Of a stretch of DNA of 64,000 bases, positions 25,801 through 38,958 are shown piece by piece; position 1 is the stretch's first letter; every line of letters starts with the position of its first letter. Source of the DNA: Eledone cirrhosa (Eukaryota); NCBI GenBank assembly GCA_964016885.1, contig OZ024747.1:38068001-38132000 (forward strand), read 5' to 3'. The notes beneath the pieces are model-generated. The model was given only the letters and a program-made list of their open reading frames with translations, was not told where the DNA came from and did not search any database. A program made the translations under genes and the position numbers.

Positions 25801-28749
25801 ATAGTCAGCTACACGGACCACAAATTCGTGATCTGTGTGCTTGACTTAGATAGGCTTCATAGACGAGGACCCGGCTACTGGAAGCTAAACTCGTCCTTAC
25901 CAGCGCGCAAGGCCTACAGAGACCGGATTAGCGAACTAGTGAAGCGGGCGTTGACGGTGGCAATCGTCAACAACAGTGATGGTTCACCCTGAAAAGAGCG
26001 ATTAGAATAGAATCCATTAGGTTTAGTAAGGCTTTAGCCATAGAGAAAAATAGAGCAGAGGGAGAACTAGTTAGAAAATTAGACGAGGCGCTTAGCAAAG
26101 GCATTGCGACCGACGTGCTTGCGGCGTAGGCTGCGTTGTCAGAGCTAGGGTGCGTGCTCTCAGACACGAGGGGACGAAAGCCGTTTAATGGGCCCGAGTG
26201 GCGGAGGCACATCGTGGCAGCAAAGCCACGATCCGGTCTTTGGTGTACCACGACGGGCGCATACTACTCGATCCCTGGCAAATGTGTGAAGCTTTTCAGC
26301 GACACTTCGCTCAGCTGTTCGGGGGCAGCGGTGGGCCGGGTCGAGGGATGGACTTTAGTGTCTACCTCGACGGACTGCCGCGGCTCTCGGCCACTGAGGC
26401 GGAGTGTTGCGAAAAGCCGATAACAGCCGCTGAAGTACGGGAGGCAATGACTGGCTGCACAAGGGGTAAATCGCCTGGTTTGGATGGTCTGCCCTATAAA
26501 CTTTACGTACAGATGCCAGACTTGTTCGGAGGCCTCTTGGCGGACGTCTACTGCAACTGGCAACCGAACGGGAGCCGAGGAGCGGTGGCGCTGCTGAGAA
26601 AGGATCCGAACAAGGGGGATAACATAGATAATTTCAGGCCCATAACTCTGCTAAACACAGAGTTCAAGATTTTGGCCAAGCTGCTAGCAAGTGGTTGGCG
26701 CTTGTCGTTGGTGGTCTGGTGGGAGAGGCGCAGACATGCGCCATTCCCGACAGATCCATCCACAACAACCTCCACCTCATGCGATACATCGTAGAGAGGG
26801 GAGCTAGGGAAACTGGCACGGGTGGGTCCTTGATCAATTTAGATGAATCGAAAGCTTTCGATACGGTCGACCATCGTTACCTGGCGGCAGTCCTGAGGGC
26901 GGCTGGCTTTGGGCCCGTCTTCAGAGGCTGGATCGCTGCCATGCACAGCGATATCTGCTCTGTGGTGAGAGTGAACGGCCACCTTTCGGAACCATTCAAC
27001 ATCATGCGCTCGGTCCGCCAAGGATGTCCCCCTCTATTCCCTCTTGTAGGTATTGACTCTCGAGCCATTACTGCACAAACTGGAGACGTTGAGGGGGGGT
27101 CCCGCGCGAACTAGGATGCGGAAGATCCGTGTCAGCATATGCGGACGATGTCACCGTAGTGGTGTCGAACGCCAAACACATCGAGGCGATCGGCACTACA
27201 CTAAGAGAATACGAAGCGGTGACAGGAGCAATGATCAACCAGGAAAAGTCTGTGGGCCTGCAGCTCGGCACCTGGAGAGGCAGGTCCATGCCGTCCAACA
27301 GCGTCGTCGGGCGCTGGACGGACGGACCGGTTAAATTGCTAGGGGTCTGGTTCGGTCCAGACCTCCAGACGGACAAAAACTGGGACGAGGTGACGAGCAG
27401 GGTGGCTTCTCTCACCCAGAAATGGGCGGAGAGGAAGCTATCCCTGAAAGGTCGAGCGGAGGTGGCTAACGCGTACATCGCGTCCGTCATCTACTACCGC
27501 CTGACCGTCGTACCTTGTCCTAAGCCCCACCTGACCGCGCTGGAGCGTTTGCTCTTTCGCTTTTTGTGGAAGGGACGCGCTCCGATGGTCAGGCGGTCCA
27601 TCTGCTGTCAACACCCGCTACGTGGAGGGCTGGGCATTCCGTGGCTGATGATGCGCAGACACGCGCTCAGGCTACGACATCTCCACCTCTTCCTCGACGG
27701 TGATCAGGTGTGGTCGCCGTTTGCTAGACACGTTTTTCCCCAGCTCGTCTCCTTGACGGAGCTGCAGTCCTGGGTCAAGCGAAGACCGAGAGGGAGCGCT
27801 TGGAGACTGGAATGTCTTCAGGCGCTCACAGCCCTCGACCAATCGGGCAATATGATCGGTGGAAACTCCACCTTGGCGTTCTATAGGTGATCAGTGGAGG
27901 GGAAGAGCGACGACATACTTGGAGAAACTCTAGGCGTCGACGAAAATCAACTAGCCAATCTCTTCGGAAGGACTTTCGGGCCGGGGCCTATGGACAACTT
28001 CCAGAAATCCCTGGCCTGGCAGTGCTACCGAGGAGCTTTGCCAGTTCGGGATAAACTCTACAGGAATGGAGGTGCCGTCAGCCGGGCATGTCCGAGATGC
28101 GCGCAGGGCGACGAAACCGTCCTGCACGCACTCGTCCAGTGTCCGAGCATTGCTGACTTGTGGGTTTATGTCGAACACCTGCTGTCACGTGTAGGACGGA
28201 TCCAGCTATCAGCTGAGTCCATCGTGAGGATCGCCCCGCCCTCTTCCTTTAGCCGGGAAGGGCAGGAAGTTTTGATCTGTCTGGTGGCCATGGCGAAAGA
28301 GATAGTATGGTGGACACGTTTGAAAGGGCTGAAGACGAGCACTTACCTCTTCGGTGATGCCCTAATTAACTTTTTCAAATTTCATTTGAAAAGGAAAATC
28401 AGGGTAGAGAGGGAAGTGCTCTCTTCCCAGCATTTTGTTGAAAGATGGGTGAGAGAAGCAAGTATGGCCCGAATGAATGGGCCTTCTCTGAGTATGTGTC
28501 TGTAAATTAAAGGTGGAAAACTGGGAGAGGGCACTTGCCCTGGTGGTCAGGACCACTATGGTCTTTTAATGGGCTTTCACCACAAATGTCCCTCGGAAGT
28601 CTCCCCCCCTATTGGGGAATTTTTCTTTGTTATTTTATTTCAACCTCTGTTTTTTTTACACGCAGAAATGCCCATTTGTACCGTCCTGTATTGTCCTGTA
28701 CTGTCCTTAATGTCTACTTTATGTAAACCCTTGTGGTTAATAAAGAAAA

Positions 28750-28783
<34 letters not shown>

Positions 28784-28789
28784 GTTATT
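22807..28789 (+). mobile_element. L1/Tx1-clade element, copy B (full-length, diverged subfamily, frameshifted)
   Basis: Structured 5' UTR; ORF1 (Asn/Ser-rich; CFRCGSKTHLRAFC); ORF2 fragments 25193-28505 (APE, RT AYADD, CPRC...HALVQC); AATAAA then (ATT)n. Confidence 0.93.
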
Positions 28790-31700
28790 TGAGTCTCAGT
28801 CATTGATGTTATTTAACTGGAAAGTCTGTAGAAATGAATATCAAGCCACTACCTGCAGCCTCACATATTCAGGACGTATCTGAGGGTTCTTGCTGCTCCC
28901 AGCAAGCATGCCTTTTGAAGTGTTCCAAAAAGCGGGGCGGGACCAATTTTCTTTAACCATCCTTGGAAATCCTTTGAGATAGTACCTAGTGCGCCTATGA
29001 CCTCATGGCAGTTCCAAATCCTTTTTACCTCCCACTTTAAGTCCTGGTATCGGTTAATTTTCTCCCTCTCCTTGCACTCTCGTGTCGAATGGGCAGGCCA
29101 CATCCACAATCAGGCACGATCTTTTTTCCTTGTCCAAAACTACCAGGTCAGGTCTATTGTGTTCCAGTTTCTTGTCCGTCTGTATCCTAAAATCCCACAG
29201 CACCTTCACCTGATCGTTTTCTATCTTATGCTCTGGCTTATGCTCATACCACTTTTCAGAATGTGGTAAATTGTTTACTTTGCATAGGTGCCAGTGGATC
29301 ACCCTGCCCATCACATTATGTCTCCAGCCTTTATAGTGAGTCTGGGCTAGGTGTTTACACTCGAATACAATGTGAGCCACAGTCTCCTCTCTCTCTCTCT
29401 CCACAGATCCTGCACAGTGGGCTAGACTCCTCCTTGTAAATATGGTGTTTCAGCCACTTCGTTTTTAGGGCCTGCTCTTGCGTAGCCATTAACATTCCTT
29501 CTGTAGCCTTTTTAAGGTCTCCTCTTCTCAACCAGCTCCATGTCTATGGATCTCTGATTTCCGTTTTCTCAAAGGTACTATGAAGGGATTTTTCATGAAG
29601 GTTGCTCTTTCTCCTCGTTGTTATTTCCTCCTTGGACATCCCCTGGTTCATTGTCCTCTCCTTCAGTACAATTCTGAGCATTGGCTCCTTACTATCGGTC
29701 ACGTATTTGTGTAGGTTGTTTTTCTCCATTTGAACACAGTCCTCATGCTGATAAGACCTCTTCCACCTTCAGATCTCCTTAGGTAGAGTCTATCGACATC
29801 ACTCCTCTTGTGGAACATGTTGTAGATAGTCAATAGCTTCTTTGTCTTCCTATCCATTTCTTTTTGTTCAGCAACATTCCATCGCAGAATTCCCGCACTG
29901 TACCTAATAATAGACACAGCTCGGGAATTTACTGCACTTATGAAATTCCTACTGTTCAGATGTGACTTTAATACGCTCCTTACTCTCCGAATGTATTCAG
30001 ATCTTATCAATTCCTTCATTTTTTTTGTTCTTGATGTCATCAGCCTCCAGAACACCTAAATACTTGTATTCTTCTTCAGTATCAATTTCCTTTATCTTCT
30101 CACTTGTTGGTATCTGGAATCTGTTGCTTCTGCTCAATTTACCCCTCTTCATCACAAGGACTCCACACTTACTAATACCAAATTGCATACATATATCGTT
30201 GCTGAACATACGGAGAGTGTCAACAAGCAAATCCCACTTTTGCTCAACAGATGTCTGATGTTATCTGCCACCCTGAAGATCTCTAGGCTTTTGGTTATCC
30301 AAGAATGAGGTACCATGTCGAATGCCTTTTTGTAGTCTATTCATCCCATGGCAAGACCAGTGTGTCTCCTCCTGCAATTCCTCATTACCATCTTTTCAAT
30401 AAGTAACTGATCCTTTGTACCTCGGGACTTCTTCTCGGGAGTTGTTTATGTGGAGGTGATGGTAGATTTCCTCAGATAGAATGCTTGTCAACAATTTCCA
30501 CATTACGGACAGACATGTGATAGGTCTATAGTTGGTAACATCATTACCCTTGGTTCGGTCTTTCATTACCAGAACTGTGGTACCTTTTGTCAACCACTCT
30601 GGTACCTCGCCTGACATCATGCAGTCATTGAACATGGTTGTCAGTTTCGGGTGGAGGGATGTTATATTTTTAATCCAATACCCCTGCATACCATCTGGGC
30701 CTGGTGATTTTCAGTTGCTTAGTTTTCTGGCCTGTCCCTTAAGAGTTTCAACTGTGATATTCAAATCAGTTTGTTGGTGTGCCTGTTCACTAATCCCTTT
30801 TGTACTGTCTCAATCCACACTGCCTGATCATTACGTTCAACATCCTGCTCCCATATACCTCTCCAGAATGTCTTAGTTCGTTCCGCCTCAGGTATCAAGT
30901 CGTTGCCTCTTTCTTTTCCTTCAAGCTGCCAAACAACATCTGGTTGTTGTCAAACATGCGGTTCTGTCTATACTGACTGACTCTGCTCTCGTATCGCCTA
31001 ATCTTTGCGCTCTTTGCTACAATGCGTTACTTCAGCTCCACTATGATAATATTAAGCTTTTTCCTCCTAGTTTTGTACTTTACTCCCAGTCTATTTTTAG
31101 TGTCTATATTTTGTAGTGTCCCATTCAGTAGTGACTCAAGCTTTCCAATGTCGTTTATCATTTCCCCGATTTGACCATCCAGTCGTTTCTTCCATCAAGG
31201 TTCTGATCTTTATTGTTTGTTGTTTCCTCTCGTTGTTATGCCAAGTAATTTCCTCACTACATTTGCTGCTACTTTGAGGATATTGTTGCATTGGTGAAGA
31301 TTCCTCGCCTCAAGGTATGGGATGACTTTGTTAACCTTAGCTCTTGTTTCTTTTAACCTTTTCCTTTCTACAAATCTTAGGTTTCCCACTATCATTGTTC
31401 ATTTGATCTACCACTAAGTTCAGGATATCAACCAAATCTTGTCCTAGCTCGTCAGCATTCATTTCCTAAATGGCCGTATCTTTGTTCCAGATGTTATTTA
31501 TTTCAGCATTAAGATCATTGTCTGCGTCGGATGCTTCCTCCGTTCTCTCAACCTCTTCACCATTATTTCCCACTGGTTCATTTGCCTGACATACTCCACT
31601 CTCCATGTTCAACCTAATCTCTCTGCTCAGTTATTCCAGTTCCAACTCGCTTATCCATCCATTAGTTCTTATTATCCGAGTTTGCCCGGCCAATTTTTGT

Positions 31701-32127
31701 TCATCTAATTTAAATAGACCAATCTTGTTCCAGAAGTTATACATACGTTTCCTTTAGCCTTTTTCCTTGGGGTTACACTTCAGGTAACTTTCCATGACAG
31801 TTATACTCAATTCTTTCATCCAGTTGGTGCTTGTCCCTTTCCTTCTTCTTCTTCCTCCAACACCAGCTGTATTTGGATGACACCCAAGTCCCTGCTGCTG
31901 GACCACGGGCACTTGCTGGGTGAGAGTCTGTCCCATAACGTTCCAGTCTCCTCTTCACCGTTATTCGAACTGTTTAGGTTCGATATTTAAACACTCATAT
32001 CGAGGATTGGTGAATGTATGGTTACATAACCACCGGGGATTTCATCGCCCCCATTTATTTCATCACCCCCGGTGATTTTAGCGTGGCACCATCACGCTGT
32101 AGACGAACATAAATAAACAAACAAATA
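28790..32127 (-). mobile_element. R4/Dong-clade element, (TAA)n-tailed family, RT catalytic core deleted
   Basis: N-terminal WMKELSITVMESY, NWKSPGPDG, NYRPITC, YKYLG, CRIC...HIVFEC, HNRPDLVV...DVACP, IGALG. The 3' end runs into (AAT)n. A deletion at ~30235 removes QGD...DD. Confidence 0.9.
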
Positions 32128-35100
32128 CTTTTCGCAGTATAATGGTCAGGGGTATCATGGCAAGGACAAACAACAGAGGGGACAAACTATCTCCCTGGAA
32201 GATACCTCTCTTGATCTTCACGCCTCCCAGGGATTCTCCACCCGATGTTAACTCTGTTTCCCAGGACTTCATACTTTTGCTCAACAACTGTCTGATGTTA
32301 TCTGCCCCCTTGAAGATATTCTAGGCTTTTGGTTATCTAAGAATGAGGTACGATATCGAATGCCTATTTGTAATCTATCCATCCCATGGCAAGACCAGCA
32401 TATCACCTCTTGCAATTCTTCATTACCATCTTATCAATAAGAAACTGGTCTTTTGTACCACGGGACTTCTTTCGGCAGCCTTTCTGTTCGTCCGTTAACA
32501 TGTTGTTTATGTGGAGGTGATGGTAGATTTCAGACACAATGCTTGTCAACAGTTTCCACATTACGGACAGACATGTGATAGGTCTATAGTTGGTAACATC
32601 AATACCCTTGATTCGGTTTTTCATTACCAGAACTGTGGTACCTTTTGTCAACCACTCTGGTACCTCACCCGACATCAAGCAATCATTGAACATGGTTGTC
32701 AGTTTCGGAGGGAGGGATGTTATATTTTTTAATCCAATACACCTGCACACCATCTGGGCCTGGTGATTTCCAGTTTTTTAGTTTTTTGGCCTGCTCTTTA
32801 AGAGTTTCAACTGTGATACTCAAATCAGTTTGTTGGTGTGCTTGTTCACTAATATCCTTCTGTACTGTCTCAATCCGCACTGCCTGATCATTATGTTTAA
32901 CATCCTGCTCCTATTTTCCTCTCCAGAATGTCTTAGTCTGCTACGCCTCAGGGATCAAGTCGTTGCCTCTTTCTTTCCCTTCAAGCTGTCCAAACAACAT
33001 CTTGCGGTTCCGTCTATACTGACTGACTCTGCTCTCATACCGCTTAATATTTGCACTTTTTGCTACAATGCGTTGCTTCAGTTCCTCTATGGTAATATTT
33101 AACTTTTTCCTCCTAGTTTTGTACTTTATTTCCAGTATATTTTTAGTGTCTATGTTTTGTAGTGTCCCATTTAGTAGGGACTCAAGCTTTCCAATGTCAT
33201 TTCTCATTTCCTTGATTTGACCATTCAGTCGTTCCTTCCACCAAGGTTCTGGTCTTTTTGTTTGTTGTTTCCTCTCGATTTTATGCCAAGTAATTTCCTC
33301 ACCGCATTTGCTGTTGCTTTGTGGATATTGTTTCATTGGTGAAGGTTCCTCGCCTCAAGGTATGGGATGACTTTGTTTAACTTAGCTGTTGTTTCTTTTA
33401 ACTTTTTCCTGACTACAAATCTTAGATTCATAGGTTTTCCACTATCATTGTTCATTTCATGTACCACTAAGTTCAGGATATAAACCAAATCTTGTCCTAG
33501 CCCGTCAGCATTCATTTCCTCAACAGCCGTATCTTTGTTCCAGATGTTATTTATTTTAGTATTCAGATCATTGTCTGCTTCGGATGTTTCCTCCGTTCTC
33601 TCAACCTCTTCACCTTCATTTCCCACTGGCTCGTTTTCCTGACATACTCCACTCTCCATTTCCAACCTAATCTCTCTTCTCAATTCCTCCAGTTCCAACT
33701 CGCTTATCCATCCATTAGTTCTTATTACCCGGGCCTGCCCGGCAAATTTTTGTTCATCTAATTTAAATGGTCCAATCTCGTTCCAGATGTTATGCATCCG
33801 TTTTCTATAGCCTTTTTCCTTGGAATTACTCTTCAGGTAACATTCCATGACAGTTCTACTCAATTCTTAGGTCCAGTTGGTTCTTGTCCCTTTCCTTCCT
33901 CTTCTTCTTCCAACACCAGCAGTATTTGTATGACCGCCAGGACCCTACTGCTGGGCCAGGGAGCACAGCGCTGGGTGAGAGTCTTTCACATGACGTTCCA
34001 GTCTCCTTTTCACTGTTATTCGAACTGTTTAGGTTCTACATTTAAGCACTCATATCGAGGATTTGTGAATGTCTAAGGCGGGTAAAATTCCCGAGATCCA
34101 TGAACGAGTTCTCTCCAGCGGTCTCTGTCCCTCATTATCGATGCCATGTCCTGCGTCTCCAACAGACCAGTGTCTGTCCTTAGGGCATCAACATACGTTA
34201 ACCTTGGTCTTCCTCTTCTAGTGTATCCATGTAGAGGCTCCCAAAGGAGCACTGTGTGCAATGTCAACTCTGGATGTCGGTGAGCATGTCCAACTAACCT
34301 CAATCTCCTCTGTGTCACTTTTGAGCTGACTTTTGGGATGTTCCCATACAGCTCTGAGTTTTTCATCCTCAGTGTATACTGATTAAAGTTCACAGCCATC
34401 CTCAGCATTCTCGTGTAGCACCCATCCACCATCTGAGTGAGCTTCTTGGTCAGTGTCCAAGTCTCAGACCCATACAGCAGCACAGACTGCACTACAGCAT
34501 TGAAGTGGCAGATTTTCAGGTCTCTACGAAGGTCCGACTTCCACACCGATCTCAAGCTGTGGCACGCCGCCCAAGCCTTGCTCTTCCTCTCAACCACATC
34601 ATCTTCCGTATTCCCAATCTTTGCTCCCAAATACAGGAAGCCCTCAACCAATTCTAGCGGCTTCCCGCCTACATTAGTGATCCCCTCTGGCTTCTCAACA
34701 TTCTCTACCAGATATTTTGTTTTAGTCTCATTCATTCTCAGCCCCACACTCATCGACACAGTCTCAACCTCCCGCATCATATCCTTTGCCTCCTTCACTG
34801 TATTTGTCACCAAAACTATGTCGGCAAATTCAGCATCCGATACCTTTTTCGCCCTAACTCTCCTGCTCTGAGCAGGTGCTACAGTAAAGCCAGAGTCCTG
34901 GTGTTTCTCCAGTGCAAGGCGCATACAATAGTCCACTACGATGATAAAAAGGTAGGGAGCCAATGTATCTCCCTGGAGCACTCCAGCCAGTATCTCAAAG
35001 AACTCAGTCATCCCATCAGGTGTAATGACTTGGGGTTTGGTGTTGGTGTAGATCAGTGATATCAGATCCACTATATCTTCTTGGGGATTCCATAAGCCTG

Positions 35101-37500
35101 TAAGATCTTCATCAGGCAGTAACGGTCCACAGAATCAAAGGCCTTCCTAAATTCAATGAAAACCATGACCGCAGGAAGGCACTTTGGTTGATATAGCCTC
35201 TCTGAAGCCGTTCTGGTTGTCCCTGAGCTTCTTCTCCATCTCAGGCTGGATCCTGTTAAAAATCATCCTGTTGAGGGTCTTTGCCACAAGTGACGTCAGT
35301 GAGATCCCACTGTAGTTGTTGGTGTTAGAGAGATCTCCCTTCTTTGGCACTGGGACGATGTTACTGATCATCCACTGATTCGGGGCAACTCCATTCTCCA
35401 GTGCCCCGTTACAGAACCCCAGGATGATATCATCAAAATCACACCTCTTCATCACCTCTGATGCCACTCCATCTTCTCCATGAGCCCTGCCCTCCTTGAT
35501 CCTCTTCTTGGCTCTCTGAAGCTCCCCTCTGGTGAAGGGCTCTGTCTCAACATCCAGTTCCTCAAACAGCCGCCTGATCTCCCCAGTGCTCTGGGCTGTG
35601 GAGGGTGGCTCTCCTAGTAGGGTCCTAAAATGGTCTAGCAATTTCCTCTTCCTATCCTCAGGCGCCGTTCCCTGGATCTGACTCGAACACCTTCTCTTCC
35701 TCCCTGTGATCTCGTTGATGATCATCCAGCTCTCCTTACATCCAGATCTGTCAACCGCTCTCTCCACACTTCTGATCTTCTCTATCAGTTCCTCCTCTCT
35801 GACCTCAGTGTAAGCCGTACAGAGCTCTTCCCTCATCACCTCCACAGTCGTCATCCTCTCCTCCGTAGGATCAGCATAGAATTGGTCCTTGGCAGCGTTC
35901 AGGTGTTCTCTGGCTGCACACACTTTTGGGCTTGCAGAGCTGACGTGCTTCCCTTTGTTCTTTTTCCTCGGCACCAGGATTTCACTTGCTTCCGCCACTG
36001 CATTGGTGAAGTGCCCGTACCTCCTCGTCACACTTTCCTCAGTCCATCCAATCTCTCTCTCTCCTCTGACTCTTCACACAGATCACTAAACTTGTTTCTC
36101 ACTTCCACTGTGAACCTCTCCTGTAGCTTATCATCTTCCTTGAAAACTCCCCAGTCATAGATTGCTTTCCGGGGCCGAGCCTTGCTCTTTCTTAAGCTCA
36201 CCCGGACCTCACTCATAACAAGCCGGTGGTCACTACCCAGTGTACTGAAATAGTTGTATGGCTCTGTGTTCAGAACACTATTCCGCCACTTTTTCCTCAC
36301 CAGAATGAAATCAATCTGGGACTTGGACAGGTGCACATATGAGATGTAGGTCCACATCTTCCCCAGATTCTTTCTAAACCTTAGGTTGGTCGCCATCAAG
36401 TTCGTCTCCAGCAGGGTGTCTTTCAGTAGTCTTCCATTTCGGTTGGTGTTGTTATGGAAGTACAAGCAAGGATCTTCACTGCCCTCCTTACTCAGCTGTG
36501 CATTGAAGTCCCCCAAAACAAGCAGGATATTGTGTGCCTGAGTGGTGTTGACAGCTCTACACACCTCCTCATGGAACTCTTCCGCACTCACACCACTGTC
36601 CCCCTCGTTTGGACTATAGGCTGAGATGACTGTCAGTCTTGGGTTTCCATTGAAGGTTACCCTCAACACTCGCGGGGAGATAGGCATTATTTCCCTCACC
36701 AACAGATTGGTTTTTGCACTGAACACAAAACCCACTCCTCCTACTGCAGCATTTGTTGTGTTCTTCACTGCCGTTGTAGTGATGAGCTGGCTCCTCTTCC
36801 CGATCATCACACTCCTCACGGGCTCATCGTGAAGGATCCTGTGTTCTTGTTTCGCAAGTATCTGTATACCACTCTCCTCGAACAGATATCCCAACTCCTC
36901 TCTCTTCTCCAGCGTCCGAATAGTCCTCACATTCAAATTGCCCATTTTGATGGCTCTTCTGCAGGACAAAACTGCATTCTTTATATTTGTGTCAGAGACA
37001 GCTGATCCATCATCCACTGGCCCTCTCTGTGGTTCTAAGCCAGCAGAGTCATAACGACCAGGCTGCTCCTTGACAGTGTAATTAGGGGCTCTAATCCTCG
37101 TGCTGTTATATCGACTCTCCATATTTCTTTTCAATGGCTGATAATACCTTACCGGCGCCACTCGAATAAGGTAGTTATTTAACCCATAAATGGAGCCCTA
37201 ACAGGTACTACCACCCCGGCGGAAGCAATGGGAGACCTGGGACTCATGACAACTAAGGGGTAACTCCACATTCCCCACAACTCCTGAACTCCCGAACTGG
37301 AGCCTTGCCATTGGATGTAGTTTAATGCCATACCCAGTGAATGTATGGTTACATAACCACCGGGGATTTCATCACCCCCCCCCCCCAGTGATTTCATGAC
37401 CCCCGGTGATTTTAGCGTGGCACCATCAGGCTGTAGACGAACATAATAAATAACCAAATAAATAAATAACAACTTTAAAAAATAAACATGTTTCATTGTA
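32128..37500 (-). mobile_element. R4/Dong-clade element, same family, 5' half only, with an RTE element nested in its 5' UTR
   Basis: 32128-34072 is collinear with 30240-32017 and extends to GIFQGDSLSPLLF. The 5' leader resumes at 37337 and matches 32010-32125. Confidence 0.9.
34073..37336 (-). mobile_element. Essentially full-length RTE-clade LINE (APE-RT single ORF broken into 3 pieces), 8-bp TSD
   Basis: ORFs 36028-37161 (APE: LNVRT, QEHR, GDFNA, IDFILV, SDH), 35153-36031 and 34073-35071 (RT). TSD GTGAATGT at 34065-34072 and 37337-37344. Empty site visible at ~32010. Confidence 0.95.
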
Positions 37501-37726
37501 ATGTTTGAATGTCTGACTTAGTTTATTTATTTATTTTTTTCCTTTACGTTTTTCGTTTTTCAAGGCCCGTAACGTCGGTTACTAGTGTTGTTGTTGCTGC
37601 TGCTGCTAAGGGAAGTAGGGGTTGTTGTGTTCAAAACTTTTGAATTTTGTGTTTGTTGTTGCGTTTTCTTCTGTCTGTGTTCTGTTCTATAAATTTTCCA
37701 CTTTTTGCTTATTATTATTTTTTAGT

Positions 37727-37918
37727 GGCGGTGGATTGGCAGTATCCGTAGAGGGTCGGACGCCATGCTTTGTAGCATAGTTACGTCCCTTTACGATCTG
37801 AGTTCAAATCCCGCCGAGGTTGACTTTGCCTTTCAGCCTTACGGGGTCGATAAAATAAAGTACCAGTAATGCACTGGGTAATTGCTGGCCTTGTGCCTAA
37901 AGTAGAAACAATTATTAT
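37727..37918 (+). mobile_element. tRNA-derived SINE, copy 1
   Basis: A-box-like tggcagtatccg, B-box gagttcaaatcc, (ATT)n tail; three related copies in the window. Confidence 0.85.
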
Positions 37919-37926
37919 TTTTTAGT

Positions 37927-38113
37927 GGCGGTGGATTGGCAGTATCCGTAGAGGGTCGGACGCCATGCTTTGTAGCACAGTTACGTCCCTGAGTTCAAAT
38001 CCCGCCGAGGTTAACTTTGCCTTTCATCCTTACGGGGCCGACAAAACAAAGCACCAGCAACACACCGGGACAATTGCTGGCCCGTGCCAAGAGCAGAAAC
38101 AATTATTATTATT
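37927..38113 (+). mobile_element. tRNA-derived SINE, copy 2 (tandem to copy 1; clustered T>C changes)
   Basis: Head nearly identical to copy 1; 3' part carries 10 T>C substitutions. Confidence 0.85.
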
Positions 38114-38707
38114 ATATTATAGTTTAGATTTGACATCGTTTAAACTAACCATTTTGAGAGAGTTTAGAGATACAACAACAATAATTATTTTGGTGTTGTT
38201 GTTGTTGTTGTTGTTGTTAGCTGTTTGACCGGGTCACTAAATCAGTCTATTTATATCTTTTGATGCCTTCCTCCCTTCTATTCATGTGTAGTGGCACTAC
38301 GACCATCCGTCTCTTAACAGGAGGTAGTGAGGAAATAGTGGTGGTAGTGATGATGCAGTGGTGGCGGTGGTGATGGGATAGTGATGTTGTTGCTGCAGCC
38401 GTTGGCTAAATTTGTTGTGGTAGTGGTGATGGTGGCGGCGGCGGTGGTGGTGTTGAAATTATTTGGCTGTTGTTTGTAACCATTTTCTTTTTTGACTATA
38501 ACATTTCTGATACAAAATTAAATATTAAGTATTGGAGCCCTATGCCATAATGTGATGCGTTGTCACTTCCTGAGAGTTGGGACTGGCATCTTATGTTCCA
38601 TTTGTAATAAGAATTATTCTATCACAATTGTTTTAAATATGTAAAACATCAAAAACTTGCGGGAGCGATTCCACAACACTCAATCCACCATGTGCGTATA
38701 TTCCCTA

Positions 38708-38753
<46 letters not shown>
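38708..38753. repeat. (ATT)n microsatellite
   Basis: Direct reading. Confidence 0.97.
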
Positions 38754-38754
38754 G

Positions 38755-38958
38755 AAGGGCAGTGGATTGGCAGTATAGGTAAAGGGTCGGATGCCATGCT
38801 TTGACGTATAGAGTTACGGCCTTTGCCATTCTGTGTTCAAATCCCGCCGAGGTTAACTTTGCCTTTCATCCTTACGGGGTCGATAAAATGAAGTACCAGT
38901 AATGCTCTGGGTAACTGTTGGCCTTGTGCCAAAGGTAGAAACAATTATTATTATTATT
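38755..38958 (+). mobile_element. tRNA-derived SINE, copy 3, with (ATT)n tail
   Basis: Collinear with copies 1 and 2. Confidence 0.85.

Noticed and set aside
37727-38958. tRNA genes
   Set aside because: A/B-box-like motifs but no cloverleaf; followed by a shared SINE body and ATT tail
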